Under the pieces are notes generated by a model. That model worked only from the letters and a program-made list of their open reading frames with translations, was not told the DNA's origin and searched no databases. 64,000 nt of DNA from Caulobacteraceae bacterium (GTDB taxonomy: Bacteria; Pseudomonadota; Alphaproteobacteria; Caulobacterales; Caulobacteraceae). The position numbers and the translations under genes were made by a program. Location of the stretch: positions 5,675 through 69,674 of the forward strand of contig DASZMV010000068.1 in the NCBI GenBank assembly GCA_035551675.1, given 5' to 3'. This document shows positions 26,934-35,868 of this stretch, piece after piece (position 1 is the first letter of the stretch; each line of letters starts with the position of its first letter).

Positions 26934-28490
26934 ATGAATCTTGCGCAGGCGTTGGGGCGAAGCGCGTCGCTGTTTCCTCAGCGCGCCGCGGTCGAGTTCG
27001 GCGGCAAGGCGGTGACCTATGCCGAACTCCATGACCGGGTTCGCCGTCTTGCCGGCGCGCTTCAGGCGGACGGCGTCAATCCCGACGATCGTATCGCGGT
27101 CTTCGCCCCAAACTGCGTCGCCTATGTCGAGCTCTTCCATGCCTGCGCCTACGCGGGCGCGGTGATCGTACCGGTAAACTGTCGGCTGTCGGTTCAGGAA
27201 GCCGCCGAGATTCTGAGCGAGACCGAGCCTCGCGTCGTGTTCTGCGACGCGGTCATGGCGCCGCTCGCGCAAGACGCGCTGCGAACGTGGGGCAAGGCCG
27301 CCAGGCTGGTCGTGATCAATGCGACGAGCCCGATCGCAGAGGGCCAGGCGATCGACTACACGTCCTTCTTGGCCGGCGGCCATCCCTACCTGGAGGTGAA
27401 ACGCCTCGGCGCCGATATCGCGGGCATTTTCTACACAGGCGGCACGACGGGTCGTCAGCGCGGCGCCATGATAAGCCACGGCGCGCTCTACGCCGCCGCC
27501 CTGACCATGCTGGTAGAACGGGTCGTGGGCCGCGGCGGCCGGTTTCTGGCGGTGGCCCCGATGTTTCACATGGCGGGCGCGGCCCCGGTCTTCGCCACGG
27601 CTGTCGCCGAAGGCACGATCATTCCCCTGCCGGCGTTCGATCCCGCGGTCGTGGCGGCAACGCTCGAACGCAGCAACGTCACCGACGCGGTGCTGGTGCC
27701 GACGATGATCCGCGCCTTGACCGACCATTTGCGCAAGACACGCCGGCGGCTCCAGCGGCCCGACCGGCTGACCTACGGCGCCTCCCCGATCAGCGAGAGT
27801 CTGCTTCGCGAGGCCATGCAGCGCATGCCGCGCACGGCCTTCAGCCAGGCCTACGGCTCAACCGAGACCTCGGCGATGGGAACCGTTCTCGCGCCGGAAT
27901 TCCACCGCAAGCACGACGCGCGGCTGCGCTCGGCGGGACGACCGGTGGTCTGCGCCGACCTTCGGGTGATGCGCGAGGACGGATCCGCGGCGGCGATCGG
28001 CGAGGTCGGAGAAGTTCAGCTCCGCTCGCCCACCGTTATGAGCGGCTATTGGCGGTTGCCGGATGAGACCGCCAAGGTGCTCGCCGACGGCTGGTACCGC
28101 ACCGGCGATGCGGGCCGGCTCGATGCGGAGGGGTTCCTGTACGTCGTCGACCGCGTGAAGGACATGATCGTCAGCGGCGGCGAAAATATCTACTCCGCAG
28201 AGGTCGAGAACGCGCTTGCATCGCACCCCAACGTCGCGGCATGCGCCGTGATCGGCATCCCCGATCCGAAATGGGGCGAGGCGGTGCATGCCGTCGTCGT
28301 GCTGAAGGATCCACGCAAGCGGACCACGGAAAATGAACTGATCCAGCACTGCCGAGGCGCAATCGCTGGATTCAAATGTCCCAAGTCCGTGGAATTCCGC
28401 ACCGCGCTGCCTATTTCCGCCGCTGGAAAAATCCTCAAGCGCGAACTGCGCGAGAGCTTCTGGCGCAGTCAATCCCGAGCGGTAAACTAA
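26934..28490 (+). CDS. Acyl-CoA synthetase (AMP-forming, FadD-like)
   Basis: AMP-binding motifs IFYTGGTTGRQRG, TGD and GKILKRELR. An AGGAG lies upstream of the ATG at 26934; 26904 is an alternative start. Confidence 0.85.
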   Translation: MNLAQALGRSASLFPQRAAVEFGGKAVTYAELHDRVRRLAGALQADGVNPDDRIAVFAPNCVAYVELFHACAYAGAVIVPVNCRLSVQEAAEILSETEPRVVFCDAVMAPLAQDALRTWGKAARLVVINATSPIAEGQAIDYTSFLAGGHPYLEVKRLGADIAGIFYTGGTTGRQRGAMISHGALYAAALTMLVERVVGRGGRFLAVAPMFHMAGAAPVFATAVAEGTIIPLPAFDPAVVAATLERSNVTDAVLVPTMIRALTDHLRKTRRRLQRPDRLTYGASPISESLLREAMQRMPRTAFSQAYGSTETSAMGTVLAPEFHRKHDARLRSAGRPVVCADLRVMREDGSAAAIGEVGEVQLRSPTVMSGYWRLPDETAKVLADGWYRTGDAGRLDAEGFLYVVDRVKDMIVSGGENIYSAEVENALASHPNVAACAVIGIPDPKWGEAVHAVVVLKDPRKRTTENELIQHCRGAIAGFKCPKSVEFRTALPISAAGKILKRELRESFWRSQSRAVN

Positions 28491-28518
28491 GCCTTCCGCC
28501 GCACAATTGGAGTTGTTA

Positions 28519-29712
28519 ATGTCGCTTGCTCGCACCCGCGCCGTCGTGTCCGGAGTCGGTATGGCGCACTTCGCCAAGCCGAGTCAGAGCGTGCCCTATC
28601 CGCAGATGGCCGCCTATGCGGTGCGTGAAGCGCTGGCGGACGCGGGCCTGGAGTACGGCGCCGTACAGCAGGCCTATGTCGGGTACGTCTATGGCGACTC
28701 GACCGCGGGCCAGCGCGCGCTCTACGAAGTCGGATTGAGCGGCATCCCCATCGTCAACGTGAACAACAATTGCGCCACCGGGTCGACGGCGCTCTACCTT
28801 GCGCGGCAGGCGATCGAGTCCGGCACGGCCGACTGCGTGCTCGCGCTCGGCTTCGAACAGATGCCTCCCGGCGCCCTGTCGGCGGCATTCTCCGCGTGGG
28901 CAAACCCGATGGAGCGCCACCTCGAAACCATGGACGCGATCCAGACCCGCGATGAAAATCGACCGCTGGCCGCCGAATTCTTCGGCGGCGCGGCGCGCGA
29001 GTACCAGAGTCGTTTCGGCGCTAAGACCGAAACCTTCGCCAAGGTCGCCGTCAAGGCGCGCCGCCATGCCGCGAACAATCCTCGGGCGCTGTTCAAGACG
29101 CCTGTGTCGGTCGACGAGGTCCTCGCCTCGCCCGCCATATTCGAACCGCTGACCCGGTTGCAGTGCTGCCCGCCGACCTGCGGTGCGGCGGCGGCTGTGC
29201 TCTGTTCGCCCGAATTCGCCCGACGGCGCGGCGCGGGCAACGAGGTCGTGATCGCGGGCCAAGCCATGACCACCGACGTGGCCGGCACATTCGAGTCCCG
29301 CAGCATGATACAACTGGTCGGCTCGGATCTGTCGCGCCGCGCCGTCCGCCAGGCCTCCGAACTGGCGGGACTGGGCGTAGATGACGCGCAAGTCGTGGAG
29401 CTTCACGACTGTTTCACATCCAATGAACTGATCAGTTACGAGGCGCTCGGTCTCGCCCGCGAGGGTGAAGCCGAACAGCTCGTCGAGGACGGCGACAACA
29501 CCTATGGCGGCCGGTTCGTGGTCAATCCATCCGGCGGGCTTCTGTCCAAGGGCCACCCTCTGGGCGCGACCGGTCTCGCGCAGTGCGCGGAGCTCGTCTG
29601 GCAGCTGCGCGGCGAGGCGGAAGCGCGCCAAGTCGACGGAGCCAAGGTCGCGCTGCAGCATAACCTCGGGCTCGGCGGCGCCTGCGTCGTCACCTTCTAC
29701 CAAGTGGCGTGA
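28519..29712 (+). CDS. SCP-x / lipid-transfer-protein-type thiolase
   Basis: 397 aa from the ATG at 28519 (GGAG upstream). Active-site Cys context VNNNCATGSTAL. C-terminal NPSGGLLSKGHPLGATG and LGLGGA. Confidence 0.8.
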   Translation: MSLARTRAVVSGVGMAHFAKPSQSVPYPQMAAYAVREALADAGLEYGAVQQAYVGYVYGDSTAGQRALYEVGLSGIPIVNVNNNCATGSTALYLARQAIESGTADCVLALGFEQMPPGALSAAFSAWANPMERHLETMDAIQTRDENRPLAAEFFGGAAREYQSRFGAKTETFAKVAVKARRHAANNPRALFKTPVSVDEVLASPAIFEPLTRLQCCPPTCGAAAAVLCSPEFARRRGAGNEVVIAGQAMTTDVAGTFESRSMIQLVGSDLSRRAVRQASELAGLGVDDAQVVELHDCFTSNELISYEALGLAREGEAEQLVEDGDNTYGGRFVVNPSGGLLSKGHPLGATGLAQCAELVWQLRGEAEARQVDGAKVALQHNLGLGGACVVTFYQVA

Positions 29713-29715
29713 TCG

Positions 29716-30174
29716 ATGGTGGACACGTCGCACATCGGCTATCGGCATCCGCCGCACACGGTGGACGTGGAAGCGGGCAAGCTGCGCTCGTTCGCGAAGG
29801 CCATCGGCGAGACCCGATCCGAATATCTGGACGAAGCCGCCGCGCGCGCCGCGGGCTACAGGGCCTTGCCCGCGCCGCCCACCTATATGTTCTCGCTCGA
29901 GCTCGACCATCCCGATCCCTTTGCGCTGGTACGGGTTCTGAAGATCAAGCTTCACCACGTCCTGCACGGGACGCAGCGCTTCATCTATCACCGGCCCGTT
30001 TGCGCCGGCGACCGCATCACGCTGCAGCAAACCGTGGAAGAGGTCTTCGAGAAGAACGACGGCGCCCTCGGCTTCGTTGTCGTACGCACGACGGCCACAA
30101 ATCAGCTCGGCGAACTTGCGGGCGAGGCGGTCAAGACGATCGTCGTGCGGCAGAAGAAAGCGAAAGCGTCATGA
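29716..30174 (+). CDS. MaoC-family dehydratase, N-terminal-type (non-catalytic, HadA/ChsH-like) subunit
   Basis: 152-aa hot-dog-fold sequence with no hydratase-2 motif. Its stop overlaps the start of the next gene (ATGA). Confidence 0.7.
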   Translation: MVDTSHIGYRHPPHTVDVEAGKLRSFAKAIGETRSEYLDEAAARAAGYRALPAPPTYMFSLELDHPDPFALVRVLKIKLHHVLHGTQRFIYHRPVCAGDRITLQQTVEEVFEKNDGALGFVVVRTTATNQLGELAGEAVKTIVVRQKKAKAS

Positions 30175-30644
30175 GCCGTTCGACAATGAATACGGCGGCC
30201 GTCGACAACGTTGCATCCATGCCGTCAGCTTCGCGTCCGTGTCCCTATCGGGAGGGCGACCTGTTGCCGGCCTTCAAATCGGCGCCGATCAGTCGCGCCG
30301 TGATCGCGCTTTTCGCCGGCGCGTCGAATGATCACAATCCGATCCATATCGATATCGACGCCGCGCGCGCGGCGGGTCTCGACGACGTGTTCGTCCAGGG
30401 CATGCTCCCGATGGCCTATCTCGGGCGAATGCTCACCGACGTGTTCGGCCAGGACGCCCTGCGCGAGTTCGGCGTCAGGTTCGTCAATATTACGTACGTT
30501 CACGACGCACTGGAATGTATTGGTCGCGTCGAGACCGTGGAGGGGATCGCCGGCGGTTGGCGTGTCGGCGTCGCTGTCAGCGCGATCAATCCGCGCGGCG
30601 ACCTGGCGCTCTCGGGCGACGCGGTCATCGAACTCAAATCTTAG
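30171..30644 (+). CDS. MaoC-like (R)-specific enoyl-CoA hydratase, catalytic subunit
   Basis: Hydratase-2 motif FAGASNDHNPIHID. Translationally coupled to the preceding MaoC-N gene, which suggests a heteromeric hydratase. Confidence 0.75.
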   Translation: MSRSTMNTAAVDNVASMPSASRPCPYREGDLLPAFKSAPISRAVIALFAGASNDHNPIHIDIDAARAAGLDDVFVQGMLPMAYLGRMLTDVFGQDALREFGVRFVNITYVHDALECIGRVETVEGIAGGWRVGVAVSAINPRGDLALSGDAVIELKS

Positions 30645-30664
30645 ACCCGACCAAGGAGAATTCA

Positions 30665-31492
30665 GTGGGGAAGCTTGCCGGAAAAGTTGCGCTGGTGACC
30701 GGCGGGGGACGCGGCATCGGCCACGCCCTCGTCTTGAAGCTCGCACGCGAGGGCGCCCGGATCGTCATCAACGACCTGGATGAGGCGCCCGCGGCCGAGA
30801 CGGCCAAGGCGGTGGCCGAAATGGGCGGGGAAGCGGTAACGCTCGTCGGAAGCGTAACCGAGCCTGATTTCGGCGAGCGCTTCGTCGGCAAGGCGGTCGA
30901 GGCGTTCGGCAACGTCCACATCCTGGTCAACAACGCCGGCTACACCTGGGACAACGTCGTGCAGAAGATGAGCGACGAGCAGTTCCAGACGATGATGGAC
31001 GTCCACCTCGGCGCGCCGTTCAGAATTCTGCGCGCCGCCCAACCCATCATCCGCGCGGCGGTGGAACGCGAAGCCGCCGAGCAACGCGAGGTGTACCGAA
31101 AGATCGTCAACATCTCCTCGCTCGCGGGGCTTTACGGCAATGCCGGCCAGATCGGCTATTCGACGGCGAAAGCCGGCATCGTCGGGATGACGCGGACCCT
31201 CTGCAAGGAATGGGGGCGGTACAAGGTCAATGTGAATTGCGTCGCGTTCGGCTTCATCGAGACGCGCCTGACCCAGCCCTTGGGCGCCGAACGCGCAACC
31301 ATCGAGGTGGAAGGACGCGAAATCGCGGTCGGTGTTCAGCCACAGATGCTGCAAATGGTGCGCCAGACGGTTCCGCTCGGACGCGCCGGCACCCCGAAAG
31401 AAGCCGCGGATGCGATCTACCTGCTCTGTTCGCCGGAGTCGGATTACATAAGCGGCCAAGTCCTGGTCTGCGGCGGCGGCCTGTTGATCTGA
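30665..31492 (+). CDS. SDR-family oxidoreductase (3-hydroxyacyl-CoA / 3-oxoacyl reductase type)
   Basis: GTG start. Contains TGGGRGIG, NNAG and YSTAKAG (Tyr-x3-Lys). Confidence 0.85.
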   Translation: MGKLAGKVALVTGGGRGIGHALVLKLAREGARIVINDLDEAPAAETAKAVAEMGGEAVTLVGSVTEPDFGERFVGKAVEAFGNVHILVNNAGYTWDNVVQKMSDEQFQTMMDVHLGAPFRILRAAQPIIRAAVEREAAEQREVYRKIVNISSLAGLYGNAGQIGYSTAKAGIVGMTRTLCKEWGRYKVNVNCVAFGFIETRLTQPLGAERATIEVEGREIAVGVQPQMLQMVRQTVPLGRAGTPKEAADAIYLLCSPESDYISGQVLVCGGGLLI

Positions 31493-31496
31493 CACC

Positions 31497-32633
31497 ATGA
31501 TCACGCGCAGCATTCTGCAAGGCGAAGACCACCGGCTCATCCGCGAGACCGCCCGCGCCTATTGCGAGCGCGAGATCGCGCCTCGCCACGCCGAATGGGA
31601 AAAGCAAGGCTTCGTCCCCCCCGGCGCGTGGCGCCGCGTGGGCGAGCTGGGCCTGCTGTGCATGACCATGCCGGTCGAGTACGGCGGCTCCGGTCTCGAC
31701 TTTGGAGCGTCCGCGATCTTGATCGAAGAGCTGGCGCGGGTCGGGGCCACCGGGCCGGGCTTTGCGCTTCATTCCGATATCGTGGCGCAATATCTGCTCC
31801 ACCACGCCAGTGACGCGTTGAAAGCGACATGGCTGCCGCAAATGGCGACCGGTCGCAAGATCGCGGCGATCGCCATGACCGAGCCTGGCACCGGCAGCGA
31901 CCTGCAGGCGGTGAGAACGCGGGCGGTGCGCAGCGGCGACGACTATGTGCTCAACGGCTCGAAGACGTTCATCACCAACGGCCAAACCGCCGATTTCGTC
32001 GTGGTCGTCGCCAGAACCGGCGAAGAAGGCGGCAAGGGCGTGAGCCTGCTGCTGGTCGAGGCGGACCGGTCCGGCTTTCGCCGGGGCCGAAACCTCGAAA
32101 AGATCGGCATGAAGGCGCAGGACACTTCGGAACTGTTTTTCGACGATGTGCGGATTCCGACGGGAAACCTGATTGGCGACGAAAACCAGGGCTTTGCCTA
32201 CCTGATGATGGGGCTCCCGCAGGAGCGGCTCATCATTGCCCTGACCGCCGTTGCGGCAGCGGAGGCGGCGCTCGAGGAGACCGTGCGCTATGCGCGGGAA
32301 CGTACGGCGTTCGGAAAGTCGATCCTCGATTTCCAAAACACGCGCTTCGTCCTGGCGCGCGCCAAGGCGGAAATCGCGGCCTGTCGCGCGTTTGTGGATC
32401 ATTGCCTCGCCGCGCACATCGACGGCCGGCTCGATGTCGCCACGGCGGCAGCGGCGAAATTGATCGCCACCGAGATGCAAAACCGCGTGCTCGACCAGTT
32501 CCTCCAGCTCCACGGCGGATACGGCTACATGTGGGAATATTCGATTGCCCGCGCCTGGGCCGATGCGCGGGCCCAGCGCATCTACGGCGGGGCCAATGAA
32601 ATCATGCTCGAACTGATTGCGCGGACTCTGTGA
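31497..32633 (+). CDS. Acyl-CoA dehydrogenase
   Basis: 378 aa with MTEPGTGSD, the ACAD middle and C-terminal domains, and IYGGANEIM. Confidence 0.9.
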   Translation: MITRSILQGEDHRLIRETARAYCEREIAPRHAEWEKQGFVPPGAWRRVGELGLLCMTMPVEYGGSGLDFGASAILIEELARVGATGPGFALHSDIVAQYLLHHASDALKATWLPQMATGRKIAAIAMTEPGTGSDLQAVRTRAVRSGDDYVLNGSKTFITNGQTADFVVVVARTGEEGGKGVSLLLVEADRSGFRRGRNLEKIGMKAQDTSELFFDDVRIPTGNLIGDENQGFAYLMMGLPQERLIIALTAVAAAEAALEETVRYARERTAFGKSILDFQNTRFVLARAKAEIAACRAFVDHCLAAHIDGRLDVATAAAAKLIATEMQNRVLDQFLQLHGGYGYMWEYSIARAWADARAQRIYGGANEIMLELIARTL

Positions 32634-32674
32634 GCTCATAGATCTGACGCAACAGCGGCGTCAGCCTCGCGGCG

Positions 32675-33313
32675 TCAGGCGCGTGGGGCCAAGCCTTCGG
32701 AGAAGAATTTGGCGAAGTCGGCGGCGATTTCGGCCGGCGACGGCGAGCGGTCGGTGTACCAGCGCGCGATCCAGTTCATCGCGCCGAAGATGGCGAAGGT
32801 GACGAGTTCGACATTGCAGGGGGCGATCGAGCCGTCGCTAACGCCGCGCTCCAGGATCGCCTTCAAACACTCGTTTATCCGCACCTTTTCCCCGCGGATC
32901 TTGCGTCGGCTGTCGGGTTGCAGATCGGAGTCCTCGGTGGACACCAGCGCATGCCCAAAATCGCTCGTCATCACCTCGATGTAGCGCTGCATGAAGGCGA
33001 CGGCGCCTTCCCGTCCCGTCTGTCCCAACGAGCGCGGATCTTTCAGCGCTTCCTGAAGCCTGTCGAGAGCCGCCTGAGCGCAGGCGAACAGAAGTTCGTC
33101 CTTGTCCTTGAAGTAATAATAGATGGTCGGCTTGCTGACGCCGAGCAGCTCGGCGACCTGATCGAGCGACGTATTATAAAATCCGTGCGCTTTGAATTCC
33201 CTAGCCGCCGTGTGCAGGAGCACATCGCGCTTTTCGGCGCGGCTCCGTTCCCGTTGCTCACGTTCCTTGACCCAGGGCGATGAGGCCGCACTAGGCTTGT
33301 TGGTCGGTGGCAT
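32675..33313 (-). CDS. TetR-family transcriptional regulator
   Basis: 212 aa with N-terminal HTH FKAHGFYNTSLDQVAELLGVSKPTIYYYFKDKDELL. Confidence 0.9.
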   Translation of the reverse strand: MPPTNKPSAASSPWVKEREQRERSRAEKRDVLLHTAAREFKAHGFYNTSLDQVAELLGVSKPTIYYYFKDKDELLFACAQAALDRLQEALKDPRSLGQTGREGAVAFMQRYIEVMTSDFGHALVSTEDSDLQPDSRRKIRGEKVRINECLKAILERGVSDGSIAPCNVELVTFAIFGAMNWIARWYTDRSPSPAEIAADFAKFFSEGLAPRA

Positions 33314-33415
33314 GAGTGTCCTTGTCCGCGGCGAGCGGGATTTTGATAAGGAGGTTCCATCGCGTCGACAAGGTCCCCACCTCGCGACTATGGATGCCTA
33401 CTATTTGACAGGCAG

Positions 33416-33431
33416 CCTACTCATTAGTAGG
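33416..33431. promoter_or_regulatory. 16-bp palindromic operator candidate CCTACTCATTAGTAGG (site A)
   Basis: Located in the tetR / CocE-hydrolase divergent intergenic region. It begins 6 nt downstream of a TTGACA hexamer (33404-33409), so it overlaps the predicted spacer and -10 region. A half-site copy GCCTACT sits 19 bp upstream. Confidence 0.6.
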
Positions 33432-33443
33432 TTTGTGATCGAT

Positions 33444-33482
33444 ATTGCAAGGCGCCCGATTGCAGGCGCGCGATTGCAAGGC
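33444..33482 (+). repeat. Three direct copies of ATTGCA(A)GGCG at 13-15 bp spacing
   Basis: Copies at 33444-33454, 33459-33468 and 33472-33482, immediately upstream of the RBS and GTG of the CocE-family gene. Confidence 0.6.
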
Positions 33483-33501
33483 GTCTAGGGGGAGAGCGAT
33501 C

Positions 33502-35415
33502 GTGAGCATCAAGCGTATAGTGCTGGGCGGCCTGACGGCGGTCGGCGGTCTTCTCGTCTGCGCTCTGTCCGTCCTCGTGGTTTCGGCCATGGTCACGCAC
33601 TTTCCCGGTGAAGGCCGGACCGACGGCGGGGTCAAACAGGATCGCGCGATCTATCTGCCGATGCGCGACGGTGTGAAGGTCGCGGTCGACGTGTGGCTGC
33701 CGCAGTCCTATCGGCCCGGCCAGCGGCTCCCGACGCTGCTTCGCTCGACCCGCTATTGGCGCGCGCCGCACTTCACCTGGGTTGCGCGCGGTCTCTATGG
33801 CCTGGGCCTGTTGCCGGTCCCGCCGATCCCCACGGATGTGAGACTGCCGACCGCGGCGGGCTACGCCGTGGTGCTCCTCGACTCACGCGGCACGGGGGCT
33901 TCCGAAGGGACCAGTCCCATCCTGTTCGCACCCGAAGAGGTGCGCGACATTCACGATCTGGCGGACTGGATCGTGGCCCAGTCCTGGTCGAACGGCAAAA
34001 TCGGCGCTGTGGGCGTATCGTACAACGGGCACATGGCCGAGTTCGCCGCGTCGGTGGATCACCCGGCGATCAAGGCGGTGGCGCCGCTCTACGATTTCTT
34101 CGATCTCGCGGCCCAGGGCGCCCTGCCCGGCGGCGTGAGGACCGAAAAGTTCATCAAGGACTGGTCGAGTCTAACGGTTCGTCTCGACGCCGACGATTTT
34201 TGCCGCGATCAGCCGATGTCCTGTCTGTGGACCAGGGCGATCTTCCTGTCGGGCGTAAAGCCCGTCGATGCGGATCGCGGCGGTCGCCGCCTCGCGCAGA
34301 TCGTCGCCGGCCGGCACAACAACGTTCCATGGGATGCGATGAAGACCGCGCGGTTCCGCGACGATCCGTATGACCATACGCCTTGGCCGATCGCGGACCG
34401 GTCGCCCTACGCCCAGAAGGCCGCAGTGCAGTCGGGCGGGGCGGCGATGTTCCTTTGGAACGGCTGGCTCGACAGCGGCAACGTCGACGGCGCGTTCAAC
34501 CGCTATCACGCGTTCTCCAATCCGCAGATGGTCATGGTCGGGGCGCTTTCGCACGGCGGCCTTCACGACACGGACCCTTTCGCGGAGACGGACCGGCCGT
34601 CCAACCCCCTGCCTGACGATCAGATGAAAGAGATCATCGCCTTCTTCGATCGCTATCTGAAGGACGGGCCGCCTCGCCCCATCACCTCGGAGATCCGCTA
34701 TTCCACCCTGGGCGTGCGCGGATATCGTCGGACGCAACAATGGCCTCCGGCCGGACTCACCCCCCGCACCCTGTACTTTGCGGACGCGGGCCAACTCGTG
34801 GACAGCGCTCCGGCGCAGGAGACCAACGTCCGCTATACCGTGGACTATTCGACCTCCACCGGCGAACAGAACCGGTGGCGCACCTCGTTCGGCGGCGGCG
34901 ACGTCGTCTATCCCGACCGACGCGCCGAAGACCGCAAGCTCCTGACCTTCACCAGCGCACCGTTTTCGCGCGACACCGAGATCACCGGACCGCCCGTCGT
35001 CACCCTCGAGGTGGCGTCCAGTCGCGACGACGGCGCGTTCTTCGTCTATCTCGAGGATGTCGCCCCCGACGGTCGCGTGACCTACATCACCGAAGCCATC
35101 CTGAGGGGCCTGGATCGCAAGCTCAGCGATCCCGCGACCGCGCCCTATCGACCTGTCGGACCGTGGCACAGCCTCTTGCGCGCCGACGCCAGTCCCTTGC
35201 CGGTGGGACAGCGAACGGAAGTCGTGATGGGCCTGTTCTCGACCTCGGTGGTGATCCGCAAAGGTCACCGCCTGCGCGTCGCGGTCGCGGGTGAGGACAC
35301 TCCGGAATTCGCGCGCATTCCCGCCACCGGCCCGGCCCCGGTCTGGACCTTCGCCCTCGGCGGCGCCACGCCGTCGAAGCTCGAAGCGCCGATGCGGGCT
35401 TGGGACGGGCGGTAG
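33502..35415 (+). CDS. CocE/NonD-family (S15 X-Pro dipeptidyl-peptidase-like) hydrolase with N-terminal membrane anchor
   Basis: GTG start preceded by GGGGGAG. N-terminal TM LGGLTAVGGLLVCALSVLVVSAMV. Motifs YLPMRDGVKVAVDVWLP, DSRGTGASEG and GVSYNGH (nucleophile elbow), plus a C-terminal beta-sandwich domain. Confidence 0.8.
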   Translation: MSIKRIVLGGLTAVGGLLVCALSVLVVSAMVTHFPGEGRTDGGVKQDRAIYLPMRDGVKVAVDVWLPQSYRPGQRLPTLLRSTRYWRAPHFTWVARGLYGLGLLPVPPIPTDVRLPTAAGYAVVLLDSRGTGASEGTSPILFAPEEVRDIHDLADWIVAQSWSNGKIGAVGVSYNGHMAEFAASVDHPAIKAVAPLYDFFDLAAQGALPGGVRTEKFIKDWSSLTVRLDADDFCRDQPMSCLWTRAIFLSGVKPVDADRGGRRLAQIVAGRHNNVPWDAMKTARFRDDPYDHTPWPIADRSPYAQKAAVQSGGAAMFLWNGWLDSGNVDGAFNRYHAFSNPQMVMVGALSHGGLHDTDPFAETDRPSNPLPDDQMKEIIAFFDRYLKDGPPRPITSEIRYSTLGVRGYRRTQQWPPAGLTPRTLYFADAGQLVDSAPAQETNVRYTVDYSTSTGEQNRWRTSFGGGDVVYPDRRAEDRKLLTFTSAPFSRDTEITGPPVVTLEVASSRDDGAFFVYLEDVAPDGRVTYITEAILRGLDRKLSDPATAPYRPVGPWHSLLRADASPLPVGQRTEVVMGLFSTSVVIRKGHRLRVAVAGEDTPEFARIPATGPAPVWTFALGGATPSKLEAPMRAWDGR

Positions 35416-35805
35416 TCGCCGAAAGGCGTCTCTCCCGCCGCCGGCGGAGTCATCTCATTTAGCGCCTGATGCTGGGCGCCGTGGAGGCCCTCGACGTCAG
35501 ATCGGCGGTTGCCGGTGGGACCAGGGACGCTGGATTAGACGGCAGCGCGAACCGCGCCGTAGGCGCCATTTGGAAGAAGAGACCGCAGAGAAGCGCAGAG
35601 CCGGCAGTGATGAAGCCCATTGCGCGCTCAATCTTCCTCTGCGTCCTCTATCCAAATTGGCGCTGCGCGCGAAAAAGGCTCCGACGTATCAGACTCGCGC
35701 ATTCCGTAGTCCGTGGACCTTTTTCCCGCGAACGGATGTCCGCGCGCTAAGCCCCGCTCGGCGGGGGATATGCGTTGAAACTCGAACTCGTCTTGTGCCC
35801 GCGCC

Positions 35806-35841
35806 AAAAAAAGACGCTGCGGGGGGCCTACCTCGCAGCGC
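35806..35841 (-). terminator. Intrinsic terminator downstream of the TonB-dependent receptor gene
   Basis: On the minus strand, a cgctgcg / cgcagcg stem is followed by tcttttttt. Confidence 0.65.
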
Positions 35842-35868
35842 CAGGTCTTCGCGGAGTCTTCGTCGCCG

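Noticed and set aside
35459-35620. A 53-codon minus-strand ORF (MGFITAGSALLCGLFFQ...) in the 453-bp gap between the convergent CocE-hydrolase and TonB-receptor genes.
   Set aside because: It has no convincing ribosome-binding site, mixed codon bias and no recognisable motif. The gap is otherwise explained by 3' UTRs and the receptor terminator.
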